This document shows, one piece after another, positions 50,823-59,961 of a stretch of 64,000 nucleotides of DNA. Source of the stretch: Terriglobia bacterium (lineage in GTDB: Bacteria; Acidobacteriota; Terriglobia; JAIQFV01); assembly GCA_020073085.1 (NCBI GenBank), contig JAIQFV010000002.1, positions 376,875 to 440,874 of the forward strand, read 5' to 3'. Each line of letters opens with the position of its first letter. Within the stretch, counting starts at the first letter, position 1. The position numbers and the translations under genes are program-made. Below the pieces are notes generated by a model. The model was not told where the DNA came from. It did not search any database and saw only the letters and a program-made list of their open reading frames with translations.

Positions 50823-51662
50823 TCAAACGGTTTTTGCCGGTGCCGCCGGAATGTTCGGCAGCGGCTTTCCCTGGCCCGGCCCGTGCAATTTCTGGCACGG
50901 TTTTTTGCGGCGTGCGAGGTGAAGGTAATCCAGCACGAGCTGGCGCTTCAGATACTGAATGGCCTTGGCGGGATCGACTCCCTTGGGGCACGCGCGGGAG
51001 CACTCGCCGGCATAGTGACAGCGGAAGGCGCCGTGTGAGGTACCCGTGAACTCGTTGCGGTCGCGCCGGCCCTCATCGCGGGTATCCTTGTCGTATCGCT
51101 CTGCCGCAGCCAGAGGCATGGGTCCCAAATACCGCGCGTCGGTGGCGAGGGTGGGGCAGGCGGCCATGCAGCAGCCACACTTGATACAGTAGGCGAATTG
51201 AAGATAGGCCTCAAGCTCCTCGGGGGACTGGTAGAACTCCCCCTCCGCGGTATTGATCTCGGCTTCATCGGCGCGCACGATAAAAGGTTTTATGGAACGG
51301 TGTTTATCAAACATCGTCATCAGATCGGGGACCAGGTCGCGGATGATTTCGAAGTTGGGCAGGGGCCCCACGGTCAGATCCGTGTTGGCGATGTGCAGGA
51401 TCTGGGTGTTGCAGGCGAGCGTCGGCCGGCCGTTCAGAAGCATGCCACAGGAACCGCAGACCCCCATGCGGCACGAATAGCGCCAGGCCAGGGTGGGATC
51501 CACATTCTCCTTGATGTAGTGCAATCCGTCCAGCACCGTCATCCCTTCGCGGACCGGGATCCGGTACGACTTCACGTAGGGGGTTCGATCGGTTTCAGGA
51601 TTGAATCGCGTGACGTGGAAATTGATCTCTCTGGTGGTCTTGTTGTTTTCCGGCATGGTCAT
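50823..51662 (-). CDS. sdhB: succinate dehydrogenase / fumarate reductase iron-sulfur subunit
   Basis: 2Fe-2S (CRMGVCGSCG), 4Fe-4S (CIKCGCCMAACP) and 3Fe-4S (CHYAGECSRACP) cysteine clusters. Confidence 0.9.
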   Translation of the reverse strand: MTMPENNKTTREINFHVTRFNPETDRTPYVKSYRIPVREGMTVLDGLHYIKENVDPTLAWRYSCRMGVCGSCGMLLNGRPTLACNTQILHIANTDLTVGPLPNFEIIRDLVPDLMTMFDKHRSIKPFIVRADEAEINTAEGEFYQSPEELEAYLQFAYCIKCGCCMAACPTLATDARYLGPMPLAAAERYDKDTRDEGRRDRNEFTGTSHGAFRCHYAGECSRACPKGVDPAKAIQYLKRQLVLDYLHLARRKKPCQKLHGPGQGKPLPNIPAAPAKTV

Positions 51663-52042
51663 CCCCTTCCTCCCGCGATCGCGATGGCATGTGTTGCAAT
51701 GGCCGCCCAAGTGCCCAGGCCGAACAGTCCCAGCCCCACCACCAGAAGCACAAAGGTGATGGCCTTTTCGACGGCGGGCTTCAGCGTCAGCTCAAACAGG
51801 ATGGTCCGCAGCCCGTAAAGGCCATGGTAGAGCGCCACGCCGAGGAGAAGAATGTAAGTGACTGTAAAGAAGATCCGGCCGTCACGATAGAGGCTGTTTT
51901 CTTTGGAAATGGCCTCGCCGCTATTAGGAGCAAAGAGGTGAGTGATACCCCCCACGTGCATGATGAGCATGTGAAGGCCGAGCAGGAAAAGGATGACCAC
52001 TCCCGCCGTCATGTGCCAGGTCCAATATTTTGTTTCGTGCAT
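51659..52042 (-). CDS. sdhD: succinate dehydrogenase hydrophobic membrane anchor subunit (SdhD-like)
   Basis: Small three-TM protein with conserved His, between sdhC and sdhB; 4 nt overlap with the sdhB start. Confidence 0.55.
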   Translation of the reverse strand: MHETKYWTWHMTAGVVILFLLGLHMLIMHVGGITHLFAPNSGEAISKENSLYRDGRIFFTVTYILLLGVALYHGLYGLRTILFELTLKPAVEKAITFVLLVVGLGLFGLGTWAAIATHAIAIAGGRG

Positions 52043-52050
52043 TTCTCCTC

Positions 52051-52488
52051 CTACTTTCCCAATCCTAGGAATTCAGAGCCGCCCGCAGCGAGAAGAATCG
52101 CTGCCAGGATCATCATGACGATCAGCAGGGGCCGCTGGACGTTCAATGAGGTCTTGTAGGGATAAATCGGTTCGATAGGTTTGCCTACGGCAAATCCAAG
52201 TTCCACCAGCACCAGGCGGACACCGTTCAGGGCGTGATACGCAAAAGCGGCGAAAACCAGGAACTCCCCGAATTTGAAGATGGGCTGGTGGAAGAATCCC
52301 CCTTCGACCCAGAGGTACTGGCCGGTGGCGCGCAGGCTGGTCACTACAACGTGCATCAGAAAGTATAAGAGAATGGCCAGTCCGGTGAGGCGATGCAGGA
52401 TATAAGCGTAGCGCTCAATGCCCCAGCGCCCGCCCCCGAGCCATCCCCATACCCCGAGGCGATTGTCGTGTCTCTTGATTTCGGCCAT
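52051..52488 (-). CDS. sdhC: succinate dehydrogenase cytochrome b subunit (SdhC-like)
   Basis: Three TM helices with haem-ligand His context (HRLTG...H...NG); AGGAGG ribosome-binding site. Confidence 0.6.
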   Translation of the reverse strand: MAEIKRHDNRLGVWGWLGGGRWGIERYAYILHRLTGLAILLYFLMHVVVTSLRATGQYLWVEGGFFHQPIFKFGEFLVFAAFAYHALNGVRLVLVELGFAVGKPIEPIYPYKTSLNVQRPLLIVMMILAAILLAAGGSEFLGLGK

Positions 52489-52510
52489 GCCAGCCTCCTT
52501 GAGTCGAATT

Positions 52511-52735
52511 CAGGTAATAGGGGATAGGTTTTAGGTGATAGGGAACAGGTTCCAGGCAATAGGGAAACAAGACGAGCGATCAATCCTCGGGACCAATAAC
52601 TCAGCCCGAACGATCAGTCGACGGCACATCTCTTGCATCGTTCCCCCAAGCCACCCCTGCCACCGATCATCAATTACCTACTACCTATTCCCTACTACCT
52701 ACCACCTATTTCCTATCACCTACTACCCATCCCTA
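52511..52735. repeat. bipartite intergenic element (GGTAATAGG / AATAGG flavour) between sdhA and sdhC
   Basis: Left arm ggtaataggggataggttttaggtgatagggaacagg pairs with right arm cctactacctattccctactacctaccacctatttcctatcacc. Confidence 0.75.
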
Positions 52736-54448
52736 ATACTTCCTCTCCACCGGTTTCCAGTTGGTAATCGTCACGGGCTTGTATTCCAGCCGCGGCTTAC
52801 CACCGGTGCAATACACCATGGAATGTGCCAGGAACTTTTCATCATCACGCTTCGAGAAATCCGTCCGGGAATGGGCCCCGCGGGATTCCTGGCGTGCCTG
52901 ACCGGCGAAGAGCAGCACCTCCGCCAACTCGAGCATGTTTTCAGTTTCCAATGCCTGGATGAGGTTGGTGTTGTAGATGCGGGTCTTGTCCTGGATGGAA
53001 ATCTTTCGAAAGCGTTGCCTCAGATCGGCAATCTTGTCCAGGCCTTCCTTCATGGAGTCGCCGGTGCGGTAAACCCCGGCGTGCTTGTCCATCAGTGTCC
53101 GAAGTTCACGGCGGATGAGGGCCGGGTTCTCCGTTCCACTTTGTTTGAGCAGACCATCAAAAACGCGGCTCTCTTCTTCCCGGACTTTGGCCTCCGGCAT
53201 CGCACTCAGCGTGGTGCCTTTGGTCAGGAACTTTGATATTTCACCTCCGGTAATGCCGCCCCACACAAGGCATTCGGCCGTGGAATTGCATCCCAGACGG
53301 TTGGCGCCGTGCATGGAGTGGCACGCCACCTCCCCGGCCGCCCAGATGTTCTCCACCTTGGTCTGGCCGTTGATGTCGGCCTCGATCCCTCCCATGGCAT
53401 AGTGGGCCACGGGCCGGATCGGGATGGGCTGAGTGATGGGGTCGATTCCCAGAAATTTCATACACACTTCACGGATCAGCGGGAGGCGGTGGTTGATGCG
53501 GTCGGCGCCAAGGTGGGTCATATCGAGGTTAATATAATCGAGCCCCTCGGGTCCCGGAAAACCGCGTCCCTCGAGAATTTCCGTCATCTCCGATCGCGAC
53601 ACGATATCGCGGGGCGCCAGTTCCATCATCTTGGGCGCATACTTTTCCATAAACCGCTCACCCTTGTTGTTGCGCAGGTAGCCGCCTTCCCCGCGACACC
53701 CCTCCGTCATCAGGATGCCCGAGGGCACCAATCCGGTCGGGTGAAACTGCAGAAACTCCGGATCTTCCAGGGGCAGGCCGGCGCGGAAGGCGATGGCCTG
53801 TCCGTCACCCGTGACGGTTTGGGAATAGGTCGTGAACCCATAGAGGTTCCCCAGGCCTCCGGAAGCGAACAGGAGCGCCTTTCCGCGCAAAACGTAGAAC
53901 TCACCGGTCGGGGCATCGAAAAGCGTGAGGCCGGCAAACCGACCGCCCTCGAGGAGCATCGCCGTGACGAAACACTCGTCGTAGCGCTTGAAGTTGTTGT
54001 ACTTGACCAGGGTGTCATAGAGGGCCTGCATTTCCATGAAGCCGGTCTTGTCGGCGGCCATGCAAGCGCGCGGGAAAGAATGCCCGCCAAACGGACGCTG
54101 CATGATCCGCCCGTCGTCGCGGCGTGACCAGGGGACCCCCCAATGCTCCAGGCGCCGGATCTCATCCGGCGAAGTCCTGACAAACCGATCCACCGTGTCC
54201 TGGTCCGCCAGGAAATCGGCGCCTTTGACCGTGTCCCAGGCGTGCAGCTCGAGGCTGTCTCCTTCCTCGGGGCGCATCATCGCAGCGGTGCCCCCTTCGG
54301 CACACACCGAATGCGAGCGCATGATCTGGACCTTCGACACGATTCCGATGTCGGCTTTGCCCTGCGTTCGAATGCAGATTTCCACGGCGGCGCGCAGTCC
54401 GGCCAGCCCGGTGCCCAGGATTAGTACATCATGAGTTATTTGTTGCAT
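52733..54448 (-). CDS. sdhA: succinate dehydrogenase / fumarate reductase flavoprotein subunit
   Basis: FAD-binding GxGxxG ([14 protein letters not shown]), covalent-FAD His region ([10 protein letters not shown]), conserved catalytic blocks. Confidence 0.95.
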   Translation of the reverse strand: MQQITHDVLILGTGLAGLRAAVEICIRTQGKADIGIVSKVQIMRSHSVCAEGGTAAMMRPEEGDSLELHAWDTVKGADFLADQDTVDRFVRTSPDEIRRLEHWGVPWSRRDDGRIMQRPFGGHSFPRACMAADKTGFMEMQALYDTLVKYNNFKRYDECFVTAMLLEGGRFAGLTLFDAPTGEFYVLRGKALLFASGGLGNLYGFTTYSQTVTGDGQAIAFRAGLPLEDPEFLQFHPTGLVPSGILMTEGCRGEGGYLRNNKGERFMEKYAPKMMELAPRDIVSRSEMTEILEGRGFPGPEGLDYINLDMTHLGADRINHRLPLIREVCMKFLGIDPITQPIPIRPVAHYAMGGIEADINGQTKVENIWAAGEVACHSMHGANRLGCNSTAECLVWGGITGGEISKFLTKGTTLSAMPEAKVREEESRVFDGLLKQSGTENPALIRRELRTLMDKHAGVYRTGDSMKEGLDKIADLRQRFRKISIQDKTRIYNTNLIQALETENMLELAEVLLFAGQARQESRGAHSRTDFSKRDDEKFLAHSMVYCTGGKPRLEYKPVTITNWKPVERKY

Positions 54449-54597
54449 GCTCCATTGACTCCTTGGAATAGCGGAGGGAGGGTCCTTCAGGGTCTGCGGG
54501 TATGAAGTGAAGCCTCCTCGTTAATGCGCGATCTGCGTACGCAGTGCGCGCCCTCAATTGCCGGATATCATATCACAAGTTTTTGTTTTCGGAAGAG

Positions 54598-54815
54598 TCC
54601 AATAAAACAAATTCCAGAATCCAATATCCAAAGTCCAAATAAAAACCAAATTCCAATGCACAAACTCCAAGGGAAGCCGATTCGCAATGCTTATATTTCG
54701 GTTCCCTTAAGGGCTTCACAGATGGTGGCCGGTCGTACCCATTCCTTCGTTTTAAGTGTTTTGAATTTGGTCCTTGGAATTTATTTGGACTTTGGATATT
54801 GGATTTTGGAATTTC
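54598..54815. repeat. bipartite intergenic element (TCCAATATCCAAAG / TTTGGATATTGGA flavour)
   Basis: Left arm tccaataaaacaaattccagaatccaatatccaaagtccaaataaa pairs with right arm ttatttggactttggatattggattttggaatttcc; immediately followed by the tandem array. Confidence 0.75.
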
Positions 54816-55250
54816 CACCGATGGGATGTTCAAAATTCAGACTGAAGGTGGCGGGTTTGGAATTTGTTTATTGGGATTTGGTTCTTATTTGGGTTTTGGA
54901 GTTTGGAATTTGGATTTTCCGCCAATGGGATGTTCAAAATTCAGACTGAAGGTGGCGGGTTTGGAATTTGCTTATTGGGATTTGGTTCTTATTTGGATTT
55001 TGGAGTTTGGAATTTGGATTTTCCGCCGATGGGATGTTCAAAGTTTGGACTGAAGGTGGCGGGTTTGGAATTTGCTTGCTGGAATTTGGATTTTGGAGTT
55101 TGGAATTTGGATTTTCCGCCGATGGGATGTTCAAAATTCAGACTGAAGGTGGCGGGTTTGGAATTTGCTTGCTGGAATTTGGATTTTGGAGTTTGGAATT
55201 TGGATTTTCCGCCGATGGGATGTTCAAAATTCAGACTGAAGGTGGCGGGT
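54816..55250. repeat. tandem array: five copies of a 36 bp core at 93-104 bp spacing
   Basis: Core GATGGGATGTTCAAAATTCAGACTGAAGGTGGCGGG recurs at about 54820, 54924, 55028, 55121 and 55214; inter-core sequence is low-complexity TTTGGAATTTGG...GGATTTTCC and nearly identical between units. Confidence 0.85.
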
Positions 55251-55257
55251 AGGCGGC

Positions 55258-56031
55258 TCAGGGTAGCTGTTGCTTCAAGGCGGCAATGAAATCACCCAAC
55301 TCTTTAGGGTTGAGATCGGAGACTGCCCAGTAAGTCATTTTTGACTTCGCCCAGTGGACCACATGGTAACCCTTTTGTGAGAGGGCTGTTTCGGTCGCGT
55401 TCGCATCCTCGGGCGACGGCCAAATGAACAAATTGATAAAATGTTGCCGTCGCTGATAGATTAGGGCAGCCACCGGTTTTCCGCCGAGGTAGTCGATGCG
55501 GCCTCCGATGAGGCGAAATCCGTGGTCTGCCAGGTCGACGACGGTGGGTGAGAAATCAACCTTTCCGTTGAACCAGGGCTTCACCGTATGCTGATCGGAG
55601 GAGGGCACATCGGTCAAATGGCTGAGCATCAGCGAACGAACATGGCTGTCGATGATCTCCTGGGTCAGGATCTCGTCAGCGGACTGTCTGGAAAAGTGCG
55701 GCGCCACATTCCATGTGATTAATGCAACCAGCACGAGAGAGGCCGCCACACTCGCCCACCGCAGGGGCGACCACCCTCCCGACAGCCATACGCGGCGCCC
55801 TGAAGGCGATTTGCCACGGATTGTATCCTGAACGCGGTGATGCAGGGTGCCGGGTGCCTTGAAGTAAAGGGAATTGGAGCCGAGCACGGACCGCAATTCT
55901 TGCAGTTTCTGGTATTCGGTGGAACACGCCGAACACTCTTGAAGGTGCGCCTCGACCTCAACACTTCTGACGAGGTCAAGTTCGCCGTCAAGATAGCCCT
56001 CGAGGAGGGGTTGTACTTCCTTGCAGCTCAA
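55258..56031 (-). CDS. anti-sigma factor (zinc-finger type, transmembrane)
   Basis: N-terminal HxxxCxxC zinc-binding anti-sigma motif (VEVEAHLQECSACS), TM helix, periplasmic domain; directly follows the ECF sigma gene. Confidence 0.7.
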   Translation of the reverse strand: MSCKEVQPLLEGYLDGELDLVRSVEVEAHLQECSACSTEYQKLQELRSVLGSNSLYFKAPGTLHHRVQDTIRGKSPSGRRVWLSGGWSPLRWASVAASLVLVALITWNVAPHFSRQSADEILTQEIIDSHVRSLMLSHLTDVPSSDQHTVKPWFNGKVDFSPTVVDLADHGFRLIGGRIDYLGGKPVAALIYQRRQHFINLFIWPSPEDANATETALSQKGYHVVHWAKSKMTYWAVSDLNPKELGDFIAALKQQLP

Positions 56032-56032
56032 A

Positions 56033-56554
56033 TCACGACTCCTTCTTCATCGCTTTGAGGAGGTTTTGACGGAGCCGTTTGCGGGCCCGCGCCAGGCTTG
56101 ACATGACGGTCCCGATGGGAACTCCCGCTATATCGGAAATCTCCTTGTAGGACAATCCTTCCAACTCACGCAAAACCAGGATCTCTCGAAAGGTCACCGG
56201 CAATTCTTCCATCGCCTGCTGAAGCATCCGACCATCGGCATTCGCCAGGAGCGGCTTTTCCGGGCTGAAGACCTGAGCATCACTGGTGTGCACCTCTTCG
56301 TCAAAGACGGTTTCCAATTCCTGCCTCCGGTTCCTTTGCAGCCATGAATAGCAGGTATTCCGCACTATCGTGAGCAGCCAGGAACGGCTGTCCCCGCCCT
56401 TGAATCCCCCAAAAAACCGGAATGCACGTAGGTACGATTCCTGCACGAGGTCTTCCGCATCATGCCCGTTGCGGGTTAACCATCGGGCGAGGTTGTGAGC
56501 GGCATCCAGGTGCGGCAAAAACATCTGCTCAAACCGCGCACTTGCCTCGTCCAT
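56033..56554 (-). CDS. ECF-family RNA polymerase sigma factor (sigma-70 group 4)
   Basis: Region 2 (DLVQESYLRAFRFF) and region 4 helix-turn-helix (LSYKEISDIAGVPIGTVMSSLARAR). Confidence 0.9.
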   Translation of the reverse strand: MDEASARFEQMFLPHLDAAHNLARWLTRNGHDAEDLVQESYLRAFRFFGGFKGGDSRSWLLTIVRNTCYSWLQRNRRQELETVFDEEVHTSDAQVFSPEKPLLANADGRMLQQAMEELPVTFREILVLRELEGLSYKEISDIAGVPIGTVMSSLARARKRLRQNLLKAMKKES

Positions 56555-56725
56555 CGGCAGCGATTCGCTTTCCGTCTCCTACACCTTCGTAGGCTAAGAC
56601 TGGATTGGATGTGATTTTATTCCCACCTTCAGAATAACACGATTTATGGGAATATTCGTGGACTTCCAAGAGTTTAGGTCGCTGAAGAGAGCAAGAAAGG
56701 GATTTGAAGTTAAAAGGAGAAACCC

Positions 56726-57727
56726 ATGAAATCATCACTGAATCGACGATCCTTTATGAAAGTGGCCGGCGCCTCCTTAGGGGTGGGGGCGATGTACCGG
56801 ATCGTTCCGACGTGGGGAAAAGACAAAGAGGGACAAGAGATGGCCCGATTGCTGGGGAAGGCCAATGGTGAATCGGTCTCCCCCTTTTCTTTTGTTCAAC
56901 TGAGCGATACCCATGTCGGGTTCAGCGGGCCTCCGGACCCGCTGGGCACGAAGGCCTTCGAACTCGCCGTTGAGAAAGTCAACCAGTTGCCTGAAAAGCC
57001 GGAGCTGGTTCTTTTCACCGGTGATTTGACTCACGACAGTGAGAATCCGGAAGAGCATGCGAACCGGATGAGGCTCTTTCAAAAGATCTCCAGCCGGCTG
57101 AACGTGGCCAAGATCAAACATGTGCCGGGCGAACATGACGCCGGACTCGATGGCGGCAAACTCTTCCACGAGTTCTTTGGCGAGAGCTCTTATTCCTTCG
57201 ATCATCGCGGCATCCACTTCATCGCGCTCGACAATGTTTCTCGCGCCAGGCCTGAAGTCGGGGAAGAGCAGCGGGCCTGGCTCAAGAAGGATGTGGCACG
57301 CTTTTCAAAGTCCTCCCCCATGGTGGTATTCACGCACCGCCCGCTGTTTGATTTGAAGCCGGAGTGGGAATGGTTCACGAGCGATGGGGATGAAGTCATG
57401 AATGTGCTGGCCCCTTATGAAAATGTCACGGTGCTGTATGGGCACATTCACCGTCAGAACAGTCAGAAGCTGGGCAATGCTACTCATTATGCGGCCCGGT
57501 CACTCATTTTTGCATTTCCCGATCCTGAAAGCGGCGCGGAGAAGAAGCCGATCCCTTTCGATAAGGATCAACCGTTCAAGAACCTGGGAATCCGGCAGAT
57601 CACGGGAAAACAGGACCAGGTTCCATCATCGGTTTCACTTTCCATCAATGACGTCGAGTTGAGCGTGCGTGAGTTCGCCGGCACGGCGGGTATTCAACAA
57701 TTCTCAAAAAAAGGAGTAAGTCTATGA
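56726..57727 (+). CDS. Tat-secreted metallophosphoesterase
   Basis: Twin-arginine signal (NRRSFMKVAGASLGVGA); calcineurin-like GDLTHD and GEHD motifs; AAAGGAG ribosome-binding site. Confidence 0.75.
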   Translation: MKSSLNRRSFMKVAGASLGVGAMYRIVPTWGKDKEGQEMARLLGKANGESVSPFSFVQLSDTHVGFSGPPDPLGTKAFELAVEKVNQLPEKPELVLFTGDLTHDSENPEEHANRMRLFQKISSRLNVAKIKHVPGEHDAGLDGGKLFHEFFGESSYSFDHRGIHFIALDNVSRARPEVGEEQRAWLKKDVARFSKSSPMVVFTHRPLFDLKPEWEWFTSDGDEVMNVLAPYENVTVLYGHIHRQNSQKLGNATHYAARSLIFAFPDPESGAEKKPIPFDKDQPFKNLGIRQITGKQDQVPSSVSLSINDVELSVREFAGTAGIQQFSKKGVSL

Positions 57728-58089
57728 AAAGCTTTCTGAAGTCACCCTTGTCTTTATTGGTCGCGGCAGGAATGATCCTGTCAGGTACAGTCCGCACCCA
57801 GGCCACCGACACCCCGCGGGAGGTGGTCATCACAGCGAAACGGTTCGAGTTCTCACCCAAGCAAATTACGCTAAAAAAGGGCGAAACCGTGACCTTGAAG
57901 TTGACCAGCGAAGATGTCACCCACGGATTCTTTGTCAGGCCCCTGAAGATCGACACGGAGATTGTCCCCGGAAAAACCACAGAGGTCACCATCACGCCCC
58001 AGGCAACAGGCAAGTTCACAACCATTTGTGACCACTTTTGTGGAGTCGGTCACGGCAACATGATGATGACCATCGTCGTGGAGGAGTAA
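57724..58089 (+). CDS. cupredoxin-like copper-binding protein
   Basis: Signal peptide; type-1 copper ligands (H...CDHFCGVGHGNM); 4 nt overlap with the upstream gene. Confidence 0.7.
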   Translation: MKSFLKSPLSLLVAAGMILSGTVRTQATDTPREVVITAKRFEFSPKQITLKKGETVTLKLTSEDVTHGFFVRPLKIDTEIVPGKTTEVTITPQATGKFTTICDHFCGVGHGNMMMTIVVEE

Positions 58090-58280
58090 GAAGATGTTTC
58101 CCCCCAAGGAATTAAGGAGGCGTTGTTTTCAAAGAGGAACAAAGTGGCGGGGTGCCGCAGGCATGTCCACCGAGGCGGATGCCTGCGTCTGCCGTCCTGT
58201 AGACAATCGGTGGGCGTGGCCCTCAGGGCAATTTTCGGGCTCCCTCGGACAGAGAAGGAACGCGTGACGGACCAGTCTTC

Positions 58281-58310
58281 GCAGACATGCAAAAAACACA
58301 TGCGTGCGAC
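58281..58310. repeat. REP-like imperfect hairpin (GCAGACATGC...CATGCGTGCG)
   Basis: GCAGAC-core imperfect inverted repeat, same family as 17984-18017. Confidence 0.35.
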
Positions 58311-58325
58311 ACCCAGTATTTTCCT

Positions 58326-58440
58326 GGATTGGAAATTGGAAAGGTCTGACCCGAGAATTGGGATTGGAAATTGGAAAGGTCTGACCCGAGAATTCTTGCT
58401 GGATTGGAAATTGGAAAGGTCTGACCCGAGAATTCTTGTT
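58326..58440. repeat. 3 x about 40 bp tandem repeat (GGATTGGAAATTGGAAAGGTCTGACCCGAGAATTCTTGCT)
   Basis: Three near-identical units at about 58326, 58361 and 58401. Confidence 0.85.
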
Positions 58441-58575
58441 GTACATGCCTGCGTCTGGGTGGTGCGCGCCTTCGGGATACTCAATGACGACGAGATGTGG
58501 ACTATCGTCCATTACATCCGGCACCTTCCTGCGAAGGGCAGTCTCGGCGAGCCCAGAGTCTATAACTCGGCTTTT

Positions 58576-59823
58576 TCACTTGGTCGGCACCCAATTCTCC
58601 AGGAACCCTTTTCCTCCGGCTTTTTCCCGCTCTTCGACGAGAGCCTGAAAGATGGCGCGCAACTGGGCATAGGGCAGAGTTCCGATGATCATCCGGTTAT
58701 TGATGATCAGGGTAGGAGTGGAGCGGATGCCGTGTGCGTACTTTTCTGAGGTCTTTTCGTACTCGCTGCCGGTATTAGTAATCCGCTGGACGAGCTCCTT
58801 CGTCTTCGGGTCATTAAGTGCACCTTCGACCTGGTATCTCTTCGCCAGGGCAATTCGCCAGACCGGATCCTTGGCTTTTTCGAAATTCGCGAAGATCTCA
58901 TCATGGATTTGCGTAAACTTGGCCGGGTCGTAGGCCGCCAGGTAGGCGAGATCGCAGGCCCCCGGATGCTTGTCCTTCTCGACCACCTGGTTACACCGGG
59001 CCTCCAGCGGGAAGAACTGGTAGGCGACATTGATCTTCCCCTTGAATTCCTCCTTGAGCTTCCCCATCTGCTGCGTCAGAAAAAGACAGTCCGGGCAGAG
59101 AAAATCGGCGTACTCGATGATCTGGATGGGGGCGTCCTCAAACTTATCGGTCGACCGGATGGTTCGGTACGGTGAAATCAGGCTGGGGGACTTCACCACG
59201 GCCAGATTGTAGTATTGAGTCACCACCCGCGCGGCCACACCACCGGATTGCGCATCCCGCCGGGCATGATGAAAAAGAACCATCCCGTAAGCGCCGAGCA
59301 GCGTGACAATGGCAAACGTCGCCAGATGCTTCAGGGAGGGGCTGACATATCTCGAGATCCATCCTGGGCTCTCACGGTCGATTCCGTATCTCCAAAAAAG
59401 GGCGAAGCTGGCGATGGAGAAAAGATAGTAGCCGGTACACAGAAGACACAAGCTCTTGAGATAAAGGACCGAGAAGAGAAACAGCCCGGCCACACCTGCA
59501 AAATTGGCGATCGAAAGCGTCCTGTTGGTTCGTTCCAGATCGGCCGAGGGGAATACTGCTCCCAGGGAGACCAGGGCCCCGACGAGAAGACCAAAGTATC
59601 CCAGCGGGACGCCTCGCACTTGAGAGATGACTGAAAATGCGGAACTTTCGCAGTTAAAGAAGGAATTGATGTCACAAAACGAACCGGCATAGATGGAGGT
59701 CGGGTAGTTTGCCAGGAAGAAATGCCGGATCGTCAGGACAGAGAAAACCATCATTCCCAATCCGAAGAGAAAGCTTAGCATTCGAGACCAGGCCTTGCCA
59801 TTCAGGGTTAAGGATTCTTGCAT
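58576..59823 (-). CDS. vitamin K epoxide reductase (VKOR) family protein fused to a DsbA-like thioredoxin domain
   Basis: N-terminal multi-TM VKOR-like region with Cys pairs (CDINSFFNC, CLLC); C-terminal thioredoxin fold with CPDC active site. Confidence 0.7.
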   Translation of the reverse strand: MQESLTLNGKAWSRMLSFLFGLGMMVFSVLTIRHFFLANYPTSIYAGSFCDINSFFNCESSAFSVISQVRGVPLGYFGLLVGALVSLGAVFPSADLERTNRTLSIANFAGVAGLFLFSVLYLKSLCLLCTGYYLFSIASFALFWRYGIDRESPGWISRYVSPSLKHLATFAIVTLLGAYGMVLFHHARRDAQSGGVAARVVTQYYNLAVVKSPSLISPYRTIRSTDKFEDAPIQIIEYADFLCPDCLFLTQQMGKLKEEFKGKINVAYQFFPLEARCNQVVEKDKHPGACDLAYLAAYDPAKFTQIHDEIFANFEKAKDPVWRIALAKRYQVEGALNDPKTKELVQRITNTGSEYEKTSEKYAHGIRSTPTLIINNRMIIGTLPYAQLRAIFQALVEEREKAGGKGFLENWVPTK

Positions 59824-59961
59824 GTGGACCTGCCTGATGATGTTGGATTGGAACAACTTGGCAATGCCGAAGAGGCTTAGGAGAGGAGTTCCTAGATTCG
59901 TCCGGACCGCCGCGCTCGCTTACTGCGTTCAATCAGAAGATTGAATTTCATACACCCCCAT

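Noticed and set aside
54816-55250. Possible CRISPR array (regular ~100 bp periodicity)
   Set aside because: The inter-core sequences are nearly identical low-complexity DNA rather than unique spacers, the period is far longer than CRISPR repeat-spacer units, and no cas genes are present.
54524-55289. Overlapping ORFs encoding repetitive peptides (FPPMGCSKFRLKVAGLEF...) within the tandem array
   Set aside because: They are translations of the DNA repeats in several frames on both strands, with no start-site support.
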